The notes: generated by a model not told the origin, from the sequence alone. A stretch of DNA of 56,224 nucleotides from Rhizaria sp. SCN 62-66 (GCA_001724265.1 MEDY01000120.1:62001-118224); one strand, 5' to 3'; positions 1-12,831 are shown, counted from the first letter of the stretch. Program-made: numbers and translations.

Positions 1-429
1 TGGTTCGCATGGGCCAATGGCCTGTTCGGAGAACTTGTGTTGCATGTTGCCCGCACGCGGCCCTACCTCGTCTTCCATCCCAACGCCACCACTGGCGCCG
101 TGTACAACCTCCCGCAAAAGAAGAAAAAGTCAGTTACCTAACATATCTCGCATCAAATTCGGATTTGATCCGACGGATCAAATCCGTTTATTATTACTTT
201 CTGCACGTATTAAACTTCGTTGTATGACGTTCGATGGGACGCACTCAACCTTAAGCTTACGACCAATAAAGCTTGATTTTCCTTAACATTCATGTCTGTG
301 GGCATTGTTCAGCTTATTTCCATGTTGTTTCAATGTTGATATGCTGTTTTATGTCAACTTGAGTAGAAAAGGTGCATCACGCAACTATGACTGACTTAAG
401 GTTCTCAATGATACTCTTATCGCGAATAT

Positions 430-880
430 TATGGATTCCGAACACAAAATAGATATTTTAAATTATTATTAAATATTATACAGTTAATATTTGTTTTTTA
501 ATTTATAAAATGCGATTTTGATATGTAGTAATTAAAAATAAATTTAAAACAGGTTAACATTTATTATTAAAAATAAAAGTGATTAAAAAAATTGTTTTAC
601 ATTATATCAATCTAATATACGACTTTACTTGCCCAGTAACGCTTTTTTACTAAAAGCGAAAAAAGACAACAACATTCGGCAAAGTAAAAGTTTATGGCTA
701 AAAAACATATAAAATAAGTAATAACAATTATATTGCAAAAAATATTAATTAAAACTTAATGTATGAGAAATATTTCTTATTATGGTTTTATTTTTTTTAA
801 ACAATATTGATGCAATTCAAAATATTAATAAATTTCATTTATTATTATTATTTGTGGGTAATATATTGATTTAAGCCAGA
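430..880. other. Extremely AT-rich non-coding tract
   Basis: Nearly all A/T, no ORF in the track, sharp contrast with neighbouring DNA. Confidence 0.8.
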
Positions 881-1253
881 AATCACGACTCTGCGCTGCT
901 TTGAGGGCTGCTGATCGGAGCTTCGGAGCGTGACTTCTGAGAGCGCTTCTTTCGTCCTGGTTTTGGAGGTTATTAACACCGCTATTCGCGCTTAAACTCA
1001 AGACATTGGTTGTATTTATGTGTCTAAACTATTGTTTTAGTTTAACATTCACGGAATCGCCATTTTATACCATGTAGCGCGGTTTTTGATGAGACCTTAT
1101 GGTATCTTCCGAGGATCTATGTCTTTCATTTCGTCCAACTTACAGCTCCACAAAGAAACGATTCCTTTCTGCCACACCACTCACAGCACAGCTTACCTCA
1201 TCACTTTTCATATAATGCGCTTTTTTGTTTCATCCTCAAAGATCCGTCCGCTT

Positions 1254-2282
1254 ATGTTCCGCGCGAACAAGACCGCTGCTCGCGTTGTTGTTAAGAGCTC
1301 CGCTCGCCTCTTCTCTGCCGCTGCCGCCAAGTCGCCCGTGGGCTTCATCGGCCTCGGCAACATGGGTGGCCACATGGCCAACAACCTGCTCAAGAAGGGC
1401 AACGACCTCGTCATCTACGACGTCGTTCCCGCGGCCATCGAGAGCGTCAAGGCCTTCGGCGCCAGCGTCGGCCGCACCGTTACCGTCGCCAAGACGCCCG
1501 CCGAGGTCTCCCTCGCCGCGGACACCGTCGTGACGATGCTGCCCTCTTCCCCGCACGTCAAGGAGGTCTACGGCGGCGCCTCCGGCCTGTTATCCTCGCT
1601 TAAGGCGCGCACGGCGGCGGGCAAGGCGCCCCTGCTGCTGATCGACTCGTCGACGATCGCGCCCCCCGTGGCCGTCGAGGTCGCCGCCGCGGCGGCCGCG
1701 CACCCCGACGGCAAGGCCGTGATGGTGGACGCCCCCGTCTCGGGCGGCGTCGGCGGCGCCGAGGCGGGCACGCTGACCTTCATGGTCGGCGGCGAGGATG
1801 CGGGCTTCGCGGCCGCCAAGCCCGTGCTGGAGCAGATGGGCAAGAACATTGTGCACTGCGGCGCGGCGGGCACGGGCCAGGCCGCCAAGGTCTGCAACAA
1901 CCTCATCCTGGGCATCTCGATGACGGGCGTCTCCGAGGCCTTCAACCTGGCCGCCACGCTGGGGCTCGATGCGAAGGTCCTCGCGGGCATCGTCAACACC
2001 AGCTCGGGCCGCTGCTGGTCCAGCGACACGTACAACCCCGTCCCGGGCGTCATGCCCAACGTCCCCGCCTCCAAGGGCTACGCGGGCGGCTTCGGCGTCG
2101 ACCTCATGCTCAAGGACATTAACCTCGCGCTTGAGTCCGCACAGGCCTCGGGCGCCGTGCTGCCGATGGGCACCAGCGCTGCCCACGTCTACAAGACCAT
2201 CTCCGCTGGCGGCGACGGCAAGAAGGACTTTGCCTTCGCCTTCCAGCACTTCCAGCAACAGAACAAGAACAAGAAGAACTAA
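1254..2282 (+). CDS. HIBADH: 3-hydroxyisobutyrate dehydrogenase, mitochondrial (single exon)
   Basis: Rossmann motif GFIGLGNMG, plus DAPVSGG, GTLTFMVGG, catalytic K in AAKVCNN, SSGRCWSS and GGF..DLM.KD. Arg/Ser/Ala-rich N-terminus from ATG 1254 resembles a transit peptide. Stop TAA. Confidence 0.96.
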   Translation: MFRANKTAARVVVKSSARLFSAAAAKSPVGFIGLGNMGGHMANNLLKKGNDLVIYDVVPAAIESVKAFGASVGRTVTVAKTPAEVSLAADTVVTMLPSSPHVKEVYGGASGLLSSLKARTAAGKAPLLLIDSSTIAPPVAVEVAAAAAAHPDGKAVMVDAPVSGGVGGAEAGTLTFMVGGEDAGFAAAKPVLEQMGKNIVHCGAAGTGQAAKVCNNLILGISMTGVSEAFNLAATLGLDAKVLAGIVNTSSGRCWSSDTYNPVPGVMPNVPASKGYAGGFGVDLMLKDINLALESAQASGAVLPMGTSAAHVYKTISAGGDGKKDFAFAFQHFQQQNKNKKN

Positions 2283-2544
2283 GTTATTTCTTCCTTTCAT
2301 CTTGGAGACGATAAACAGCAGCGCCAACTGCCACACACTATTATTATAATTATTGCCTTGAATACAAAAGCGACGACGTATCTTACACAAATCTGCATCC
2401 GTAGCTGGCTGTTACGTTACCATGGGGACTGGTGGAAGTGAGGACCGAGTGAGCTTGGAGTGAAGTTGAACTTGCAGAAAGGATATCTCGATAATTTCAA
2501 CGACAATTAGTTTTTTGAGAGAGTTTTAGGGTGAATACTGAATA

Positions 2545-4233
2545 ATGAATGATGGTACGTTTTTATTTTGTCTCTAATGCTTGTTATCCTTTAGATCTGT
2601 TCATTCCCCAACCCTTCGCTATTCCACCGCTCTCACTACTCCTATCTTTCTTGCTCCTGCGCTCGACCATCTTTTTCAAACGCTTGCAGCGGCTGCGCGC
2701 AATCGCGTGTTGATCCGTGATTTTGATGTGCTCTACCAGCAGTCCATGACAGGCGCTGTGCGTCTCGCAGACGCCGTCGCCAACCCGGCTTCTTCGCAAG
2801 CCGCAGTGTACGTCATACTTCTCCTTACTGTCGCTCACACACTTCAATATAAAAACTAAACAACATATCGCTCACATGTGCCGCCAATTACAATTGTTTA
2901 CGTATACCACTCTAGTGACGAGGCGCTGGCGGCTCAGCTGGCGTCTCTGGACGCGATCGCGCTGTCTGCTTCGTCGTCGATCCTGTCCCTGCAGGCGCAG
3001 GCCACGGACGCCGCGCGCTTCGGGGCCGTGCTCTCGGCCTCGGCCGCCTCCTGCGCCGCACTCGCGCGCGAGACCGCCGCCGCCGCGGCCTCTGCGCAGC
3101 GCGAGGCGCGCCGCCGCGTGCGCCGCGACGCGTAGCGCGCCGCACTGACTTCTGTCGCCGCCGTCGCGCCGCGGGCAGCGTCGCTGGCGCAGCACGCGCA
3201 GACGCGCCGCGAAACGGCCGAGCTCCACGCCGCGCGCCGCGCCGCCGCCGCCCGGGCCGCCGCAGTCCGCGCGCAGCTCGCCGCTGCCGTGCACGGCGCG
3301 GCCGTCGCCGGCGGCGCCACCTTGGGCCGGCTGCCGCTGCCGCTCGCGGCCGCCACCGCCGCCGCAGCTGGTGCGCCCGCGCCCGCGCCTGTGCCTGCTG
3401 CTGCCACTGTTGCTGCGCAGCGCAAGAGCAGCAGCAGCAGTAATGGTGAGCACGACGACAACGATGAGGGCGATAACGCGGCCTCTGCGTCCGCCGCCGC
3501 CGCCGTCGCCGCTGCCGCCGCGGCGGCCGCCGCTGCGCCTGTGCTGCTGTTCGGCGCGCTGCTCTCTGCGGCGGACGCGGCCGCGCTGGCCGTGGCCGCG
3601 GCCGCCAGCCTGGACGGCGGCGATCCCGCGCTGCGCGACGTCGGCGTCGCAGAGGCTGAGGCGGCTGCGGCGGCCGCGGCCGAGGCGCGGGGAAGCGACG
3701 ACGACGACGATGACGACGACGACGACGACGGCGACGACAGTGGCAGTGACCGTGAAGGCGACAACGACAGTGACGCGGCGGCCTCTGCCGCTGCCGCTGC
3801 CCCAGAGGCTGCCGAGGCTCAGACAAGGGACAGTAAGACGAAGACCAAGGCTAGCTCTCGCACCAAGCGCCCCGCCGCGGCCGCTGCGGATGGCAACGAC
3901 GCCGACAGCACGGGCGACGGCGACGAAAACGACGACGACACTAGTACTGGCGCTGGCACTGGCGCTGGCGCTGGGCAGAGCAAGCGGGCGCGCCCAGCCC
4001 AGGCTCCGACCCGCGCGGCGGACAGCACCGAGGACCCGGGCGCTGCGGAGAAGAACGACGTCGATGACGACGACGGCGGCGACGGCGACAGCGACGGCGA
4101 CAATGATGACGACGACGGCGATGGCGAGGGCGAGGACGAGGGCGAAGGAGGCGCCCGCAGCAGGCGGAGCGGGCGGCGCAGCGGCCGCAGCGGCCGCAGC
4201 GGCCGGAAAGACGGCCGGAGCGCGCGCCGGTGA
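2545..4233 (+). CDS. THOC7: THO complex subunit 7-like coiled-coil protein with long acidic/RS low-complexity tail; contains in-frame TAG at 3133-3135
   Basis: Exons 2545-2554, 2690-2807 and 2916-4233 are phase-consistent, with GTACGT..AG introns (481 aa). N-terminus MNDAAARNRVLIRD resembles THOC7 D..IR.RLL. The segment after the TAG (PRAASL..E...L..RAQL) aligns without gaps, from memory, to THOC7 (DRHETL..E...L..RKQF). Stop TGA. Confidence 0.65.
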
Positions 4234-4813
4234 GCGAGCGAGCGAACTGTGAGGGCAGTGAGCGAATTGCGAGCGCAGTGAGTAGACGACCTCGCACCTG
4301 TTGGCTGTGACGGAGAGGGTGCGGACATGAGACTATTGAGCTATTTAGTGTGCCGAGGGCCTGTGCCAACTCGGCTGACTCTGCCATCATCAAGGACAAT
4401 TAGAGGATGCTACATACACAATCGTGAAGCAGACAATTCTTCAAGTCGACTCGAACTCCGAAATAGGATATGTGTTGAAAAATCCACCGATATTATGCAT
4501 CGTATGTTTCTTTTGCTGAATATTTTAAGTTGATTTGTGAATCTTCAAGTGGCTGGCGCTGGCTGCTGGCGTCTCAGCTTGGATTCTTTGATGGCCTGGT
4601 TGCCACATTCGATTGTGATAGATTTTGGTCGTCATTTGTCATGAGGTTATTTGCACAGATATTTGAAAGATATTATATTACAGTTCATTTTTTCATATGC
4701 CGAAGTAGCACCATGAAACGATAATATCAACCTTTCCAAATCCCTCTCACTCTCACGCACAGCCAGACCCGCGAGCCTTCGTCTTAGTTAGGCCACAGTT
4801 GTTGTCCCTGAAG

Positions 4814-5533
4814 ATGAGGCCAGCTGTGGTTTTTACGCCCCCGACGGCGCCATCTTGGCAGTACACAGGCACTACTTCCCCAAAGACCGGCAAGTTTCAT
4901 GGACATGGCACGCTTGTTTACCCATCGGGCGCCTTTTACGCCGGCTCCTTCTGCTAGGGCATGCGCAGCGGCTTCGGTCGTCTCAAGTCTGCTGGCGGCG
5001 ACGAATACGCGGGCACCTTTGCCAAAAACCTGTACCACGGCTTTGGCACGCTGCACTACGCCAACGGCGACGTCTACTGCGGCTCTTTTCGCGCGGGCCG
5101 GCGCCACGGGGCGGGTGTGTGCGTCACGGCCGACCTCGTCGAGCACGCCGGCTTCTGGCGCGACGACGTGCGCTGCGGCTTTGGCGTCGAGCAGGCCGTG
5201 CCGCTGGTGTCGGCTGCCCTGGCGATGCTGCGGCGCGGCGTCCGGCCCGCGGCGCAGCGCGACGACGAGCCGGACTCGGACCCCGACAAGTTCGACTCTG
5301 ACGCTGACGAGGACGACGGCGGCGAGAGTCGCCGTCGTGTCTCGGCGAGCGCCGGAAAGAGCAAAAACAAGGTAAAGGGCAAGGGGAGCAAGAGTATGGG
5401 GGGTAAAGGCACGAAGCATAAGATCAAACGCAAGGTCAAGAGCAAGGTCAAGACTAAGGGCAAAGGTAAGGGCAAAGCCAAGGCCAAGAGCAAGAGCACG
5501 GCCAAGCGCAGCACGTTCATTGTCAACGACGAA

Positions 5534-5568
<35 letters not shown>

Positions 5569-8500
5569 AAGCGACGCTCTGGAGGCCCCCCCTGCCCCGA
5601 CCCCGGCCGCGGCCGCCAAGTCTGCGCCCCTGCTGCGGCCGGGCTCGTGGGAGTTCCTGTGCAGCCGCGAGCGGTGCGCGCTGTCCCCGGCGCCCGTGGG
5701 CGTGCGTGGCCGCGCGGGGCTGTTTCTGGGCGGCCGCCTTACGAGCGGCGGCGCGGGGCTGGCCTGGGACGCCGAGACGGCCACCACGTTCGTGGGTTCG
5801 TGGACGGCCGCGGGGGAGCCGCTCGAGGGCACCCTGCGGACCTCGACGGCCTTCCAGCCCGTCTGCACCGCGGACACGCCCGCCTCGGCGTCTACGCGCG
5901 GCGCGGCGCCCCAGCTCTACACGGGCCGCTTTGCGGAGCGGCCGCGCGCGCCGGCGTTTGACGCGGGCGGTCCCGGCGTGTCGGCGCCGTTCGCGGCCTA
6001 CCCGCCCGCGCCGGCCGCCGTGATTGCCGCGGCGGCCGCGGGCGACCCCACCGCGACTGCGCTGGCCATGGCCGCGATCACGGGCTACGAGGGCAAGGTG
6101 CGTGTCGACGACCTGCAGCCGCACGAGCAGGGCCGAGGGCGTCTCCGCGGCGGCGGGCTCGTCGACGGCACCTGGCGCGCCGGCGCACCGCACGATGAGT
6201 GCGCGGCCGTGGGCGCGCTGGGCCGCGGCCGCTACGAGGGCCCCTTCGTCGGCGGCGTGCGGGATGGCGACGGCATCTGGGTCGACGCGCAGGGCGGCGT
6301 CGCCTTCGGCGGGCTCTTCCACGACGGCAGCGCCACACACGGCACACTCACACGGACCACGCTCTCGGGCGCCGACCGCGGCCGGCCCGGCGGCGCGCGC
6401 GACTGCACCGCCCTCTGCGGCCGCGCTGCCGGCACTGGCGCTGGTGCTGCCTCTGGCGCTGGCGCTGGCTGCGGCTGCGGGCGCGCGCTGGCGCGCATGC
6501 CGTGGTGGTGGACAGGCGCGGGCGTGCCGCGGCGCTGGCACAACCCCACATGGCGCTCTGCGCGCTCGGACCGGCTCGAGCAGCACTACTGGCGCCGGCA
6601 GGACACCGAGTACAAGACGCTGCGCGCGTACTAGCAGGCCTGGGACGCAGTGCGGTTGCGGAAAATCATGCGCCGTCCTTGCGACGTCGCCGTCAAGAGG
6701 GGACTGATGCCCGCGCCGGCCAAGATGCTGCCCGCCGCGGGGGTCGCCGAGGCCGCGGCCGCGGCTGATTACGTGCGGCGCGGCGCGCGCTTCAGCTACG
6801 AGGACGCCGAGGCGGGCGAAAGCGCGGCGCGGGCTGCCGAGATCGCGCGCGTCAAGGCCGTCATCGCGCGCACGGACTCCGAAATCGACGACATCTATTT
6901 CCGCAGCCGCAGGAAGGCCTCCTCACTGACGCCCCCGCGCGGCTGCGGGGCCTGGCGCTGGCGCCCGCGCGGTCCGCCGCTGCTGGTGCCGGCGCGCGCG
7001 GTGGACTTCGCATTTATGGCGCGGGCCGCGGCGTGCGCCACCGTGATCGCGCGCGCGGGCAACGAGGACGAGGGCAGCGGCGTCCCGCCGCCGCTGCCCG
7101 CGGCCGCCGCGCAGCACGCTGCCCCGCTGGACCTCGCCTCGCGCCGCGGGCTGGCTCTGCGGTACCCGGACCCCGCGCCGGACTCGGCCCTGACCGCGCC
7201 CGCGCAGAGCGCGCTGCGGGCGCGCGCGCGGCTGCCGCACGAGCCCGTGGGCGGCGCGCCCGTGGAGACGTACAACGGCTCCTTCTCGGTTGAGGAGCGC
7301 TACCACGACGACGAAGGCACGCTGCAGCTCGCCGGCTGCGTGCGCTACGACGGCGGCTTTGCGCACGGGCGCTTCGAAGGCCACGGCCGCCTCTCGGTGC
7401 TTGCGCCGGCCGCGCCGCCGGAGCGCGGCAGTACGGCCGCGCTCGACGACGAGCGTGCGAGCACGGAGTGGGCGGGCCGCTACGTGGGCGCCTTCGCGCG
7501 CGGACTACGCCACGGCCACGGATATTGGTGGCCCGCGCGCGCGGCCGTGCGCTATTGCGGCCAGTGGCGCCACGACCGGCCACACGGCGCGGGCATCGCC
7601 GTCGTCGCCTCTGGCGCCGAGGTGCGCGGCCACTGGCGCGGGGGCCGCCCGCCGCGCGATGCGGTTGTGACGCTGCCGTGCGGCGCCGAATACACGGGCA
7701 CGCTCGACCGGCTGTGGCGCGCCGCGGGCCGGGGGACGCTCTCACTGCGGCGGCCCGGCGCGGGCGGCGGCAGGGGCTCCGTCTACAGCGGCGACTTCCG
7801 CGGCGGGCTACCGCACGGCATCGGCACGCTGCGCCACGGCAGCGGGCTGCGCATCAGCGGCTTTTGGCGCGCGGGGCTTCCGCGCGGCCTCTGCGTCGTC
7901 GAGTCGCCGCGCGCGGCCCTCTACTTCGGCCAGTTGCGCTGGGGCCGGTGGTGCGGCCGCGGGCGCCTCTCCACGCCCCACGTCGCAGTTGCGGGCCGCT
8001 GGTCCGGCTGCGGCGAGCGCGGCGCGCGCTTCGGCCCGCGCTGGGCGCGCCGCGCCGCGTGCGGCCGCGGCGTCGCGCTCGGCCGCAACGGCGACTGCTA
8101 CGAGGGCGCGCTGCTGGGCGCGCTGCGGCACGGGCGCGGCGTTTTACGCACGGCAGCGGGCTACGTCTACAGCGGCCGCTGGCGCCGCGGCCGCTGGGAG
8201 GGCTGCGAGGGCGAGCTGACGCTGCCCGGCGGCCACAGGACTGTGCGCGGGCGCTGGCGCGGGCGTGAGATGCTCGACTGCGACACGGGCGTTGTGCTGT
8301 TTAAAGACGAAGGGCTGTTTGTGCCGCACGACCTTGCGCCAGACACAGATGATGCGGCGTCGCAGTCTAGCAACAACAAGAACAAAAAGAGCAACAATAA
8401 GAGCAATAACAAGAGCAAGAGCAGCAATTACAAGGGCAAGGACCAGAGCAATGCCGACCCCCAGGCTGTTGCGCCTGCTTCTGTTGCCTACCACGGCTAC

Positions 8501-11314
8501 GAGTGCGACTACGACAAGGCACCTTCCGGCGCCGCGCGCGCGGGGCCCGGCAGTCTGCACTTCGCTAACGGCGACGTGTTCACGGGCACCTTCCCGGCCG
8601 GGCTGCTTGAGGGCCAGGGCGAGTGCCGGTACGCGTCGGGCCGCCTCTCCAGCTTCCGCGGGCAGTTCGAGCGCGGGCAGCGCCACGGGTCCGGTGCCGA
8701 GACCGCGGCCGCGGGCGGCGTGCTGAGCGCGACGTGGGTGCGCGGGCGGCGCGAGGAGGGCGGCGCCTACGCGCGCTCGCCGGGGCCCGCGCCGCTGCGG
8801 CAGGCGCTCTCCTGCGACGACCCCGCTGACGCGGAGCTGCTGCGCGCGCGGCGGCAGGGCGCGGCGGAGCGCGGGCGGCGCGTGCAAGACAAGGCCACGG
8901 GCGCGTGGCACGACGAGGGCAAGGGCCAGGTCGTGCTGCCGGGCGGCGAGGTCTACGTGGGCGACTTCCGCGACGGGCGCGCGCACGGCGCGGGCACGCT
9001 CTCGCGCGACGGCGCGGTCGTGGGCAAGGCCGAGTGGCGGCGCGGGCGGCTGCACGGGCGCGGCTGGGTTACGGCCGCGGTCGGCGACCGCGCGCGCTTC
9101 AGCGGCGACTGGCGGCGCGGGCGCCCGCACGGCTCGGGCGAGTTTTCGTCCCCGCGCGGCGCCACCGAGGTTCTGCCCGCGGGCGCAGTCACGTACGTCG
9201 GCGCGGTTGCGCGCGGGCGCCCGCACGGGGCAGGCGTGTTGACGCTGCCGTTCGGGCCCACGTACCGCGGCCACTTCGTGCGCGGCGCGATGGCGGGCCA
9301 GGGCGCCGTGACCGCGCCCGAGGGCATGGACGTGACGCTCATGGCGCCGACGCTGTCGAGCGCCGCGTGGCATCGCGCGTGGGACGTCTTCGCGCTCATG
9401 ACCTTCGAGGCAAAGGGCGAAATGCGGCCGGCGGGCAGCTACGCCGGCCCCGCCGTCTCGCTCTGGGCCTGCGGCACGGGCTCGAGCGCGCTCAAGCAGC
9501 GCAACGGCTGCATTAACGTCTACACCGGCGAGTGGGCTGGCGGGCTGCGCCACGGCCGCGGGCGATGCGGCGTGACGTCGCCGCAGACGGGCTGCTGCAC
9601 CGGCTACACCGGCCGCTTCTCGGCCGGCGGGCGCCAGGGCCCGGGCATCATGGACGCCGAGACGCCTACGGGCACGATGGTGCACCGCGGCGAGTACGTG
9701 TGCGACAAGAGCTTTGGCCGCGGGCGCCGGTTCGTGCCCTGGCTTGGCGCCGCGCACTTTGGCCCCATGTGGGGCGAGGAGGTACGGACAGGGCGCGAAA
9801 AATATTGTCATGTGCTTCTGCCAATGCCAATTTCGAAGAAGTTTCGATGACATTCACGTATTGATTTCTATTAGAATTTTAACTTTCCATCAATGTTTAT
9901 TCAAATTAGACAAACTAAAGTCTAAGCGCGTTTTTTCCACGTAAACTCACACATTTCTTTTACATATCATATTATTATTTTGTGTCGTTTCGCTCTTCGC
10001 AATTTTTGTTGGCTACGACGCTTTTAGCAATTGCAAGGGCGCGCGATAATAGTTGGCGCGGACGGCGGATCCGGCATGGCGTCCGAGGCCGCCCTGGGCG
10101 AGTTGATGCAGCAGTTTATGGCGACCGGCGACCCGCGCGCGCGGCAGCAGCTAGAGCGGCTGAGCTCCGAGCAACACCGCGTGGCCCGCGCCAAGCCCGT
10201 GCCAGCGGGCCGCGGCATCGTCTTCGAGGGGCTCGTCGCTGACGGCGTCATGTGCGGCCAAGGCCGTCTGCTGCAGCTCGGCGGCACTGGCAGGGGCGCG
10301 GGCGCGGCCGCGGGCACGCTCACTGAGGCCAGCTTCATCGGCGGCGCCGTGGCCGAGGGCCGCGGCGTCGTAATTTCGCCCACCGGCGCCCGCCGTGAGG
10401 GCTCCTTTACCGACGGCGAGCTCCAGGGCGCGGGGCTCGAGGTCGACGCGCGCTGCGTGCGCGGCGCGGGCGCGTGGCGCGGCGGGGCCAAGCACGGGCC
10501 CTGGGTCTACACCGCGCCCGACGGCGTCGTTGCCACGACGAGCTACATCGGCGGCACGCGCGTGGGCGCGCACAGGCTCGTTGGCGTTGTGCCGCGCGCC
10601 GTTGCCGCGGCCGCGTTCGGCAAAGACTACTACAACAATATCACGAACGCACGCACAGCTTTGACAGCTTCTTCTACGTCCGCTCATGCAACTGCTGCTG
10701 CGAATGAGCCTATGACTGGTGCTGGTGCTCGTACCAATACCGTTTTTGGCGGCTCTGCTTCCGGCTCTGGCCCCAGCTCTAGCCTGAGTGCCGGTACCGC
10801 GGCGCGCAGCCCAGCGACTCGGTTCTCCGGCCCCTCTGCGGCCGCGCGCGTCATGTGCATGGTGATGCGCGAACACGCGTTGGACGCGACCCCGGTCCCC
10901 ACGCTGGACGGGCCCGCGGGCGCTTCCTTTGCGCCGCTCGTCTTTTCGGATGAAGTCCGGGTCGAGGCGCGCGCGCGCGCGCGGGCCCGCCGCGTCGCGC
11001 GCGCCGTCTGCCGCGCCGTGTGGGCCGCGGCGGCTGACTGCGGCGTGCCCGGCGCCGTCGCGGCGCTGGACGAGACGCTCTGGGGCTGGGTTGACACGCA
11101 GTACCCGCACCTCGGGCGCCCGAAGCAATCGCAGACGCAGACGCAGATGCAGCAGCAGCCGTTGGTGTTCGAGACGACCAAGTTGAGCAAGGCCCAGGCC
11201 GAGGCGGAGGCGCAGGCGGCCGCGGCGAAAGATCGCGCGACGGCTGCAGCCAAGGATGATGAAGACGCGGCGAAGCTCGGTGTGGCGCTACGTAAAATGC
11301 TTTGCATGTTCTAA
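4814..11314 (+). CDS. Giant MORN-repeat protein (~2,084 aa); contains in-frame TAGs at 4955-4957 and 6632-6634
   Basis: One frame from ATG 4814 to 9781 if TAG is read as sense, then a phase-0 intron 9782-10027 (GTACGG..TTTTAG) and exon 10028-11314. Many Y.G.(F/W)..G..HG.G repeats throughout. This joins track ORFs 4961-6634, 6650-9850 and 10031-11314. Stop TAA. A further upstream exon is possible (AG at 4761-4762). Confidence 0.8.
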
Positions 11315-12831
11315 TTGCTCCTTTATCACGTGGCCACAATTTAGTGCAAATTGTGTGTCCGGAACCAATTTTACGATTCATTTTTCTGAATTTCGATTTA
11401 TATAGAAACATACTCACTGATTTATGTGCAGAATACGCATGACGAAATACACATTTCCATTGCATTCATTAAAGAACGAAAAGTCTCTTAGATGGTCTGG
11501 TAGAGTAGCGTAGCTTTGTATTAAGCCCACTGAGGAGAAAAAAAATCTGTAAAAGTGAAGCACAAGACACGCGCTGAGTGAACTGACTTGGACTGGCAAG
11601 TGTGTGACAGAATGCAGTGATTGGTGCCGTTGTGCTCCGGCCGCCGAAGCCAACGGGGTGAAAAGTGTGCACACCGGCACCACACGAAGCGTCGCAACTC
11701 AGCGCAGTCAGCACAGCACCAGCACCATGCGTGCAGTGTAGTGTCGAATTGAGTTAAGTTGAGTCAATGAGGGGAGTGCATCGGGTGCGAGGCGAGTCCG
11801 ATCACACAGACCAAGCCTCGACACGAGCGGCAAAGGGGGAAGAATAGGTACAGTGTCAAAACAGTCCGTATCTATCCTATCGATCATAATGAAGAGAGTG
11901 AGAGTAAAAAACACATGCGAAAAACACGAGTAAAAGAAGAAGCAAAAAGGCGATAGGCAAACATGTCGGCGCGCCCTCGCGCCCGCTCGCGAGCGCCCTC
12001 ACTGCAGAGAGCGAGCGCGGGCGGGGCGGGCGCGAGTACGCACGAGGACAGACGTATATACAAGAAACCCCACGAGGGGGTGGCGAGACTGCGGAGGAGC
12101 AAGTGAGCGAGAATGAAGTGAAAAAGCGTGTGCGAGAGGAAGAGAGTCATGGGAGGGATGTGGAGGTGGTGACAAAATGGGGATCAAATAAGACAAACCG
12201 ATTCAAAATAGACTTTTAAGCTTGATGGGTGCGTGCGAACACCCAATGACGAAACGAAAATGAGAAACAACTATGCACGTGTTAACGACAAGGAAGACAA
12301 AATAAAACAAAGAAGGGGGCGAGGGGGAGGAAAATTTGTGTTTTTAACAGGATCAACAAATTTAAGCTTAACAGACTGTGAGAAAGCTTTTAACGCTTAA
12401 AACAAAAGAGCGAATTGAATGTCCATTATCGATGAACAGTCGACTCGAGGCAAGGGCACGCGTGCGGTGCAGGGTGTCAGTGCCAACTAGATGCTGAGGA
12501 TGCAGAAAAAATGTGAGGCAAAAACCACAACAACACAGGGGCCGATGTAGCGAACGATCCACCAAACCAGCACTAACACTCTGATTATTCGGACCGACAC
12601 CCACCCACATCATTCATATTCAGTTGCATTACGGATTGCCTAGAGATGAAGACGATAGTACGGAAGGATATCATTCGTACGTAAAGATTAAAATATGTAA
12701 CATGTCGTTTCTTTTTAATAACAGATCAAGTGTTACGAGAGAATAGCCACTGCAAGGATCAGCACGATCGAGACAAGAAACATGGCCAAACGACGCACGT
12801 CACAGCTGTTGTCATGTCACACCAAAGTGAG

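Noticed and set aside
1-290. Short ORFs at the window start
   Set aside because: No recognisable motif or coding bias, and context is truncated.
3133-6634. Pseudogene interpretation of the TAG-containing genes
   Set aside because: All lesions are TAG, with no TAA/TGA or frameshifts, and splice sites and repeat registers are intact. Disfavoured, but not excluded without read data.
10031-11314. A separate 427-aa gene
   Set aside because: Better explained as the last exon of the MORN gene via a phase-0 intron at 9782-10027. The TAG at 10025 is a splice acceptor and was not counted as a recoded codon.
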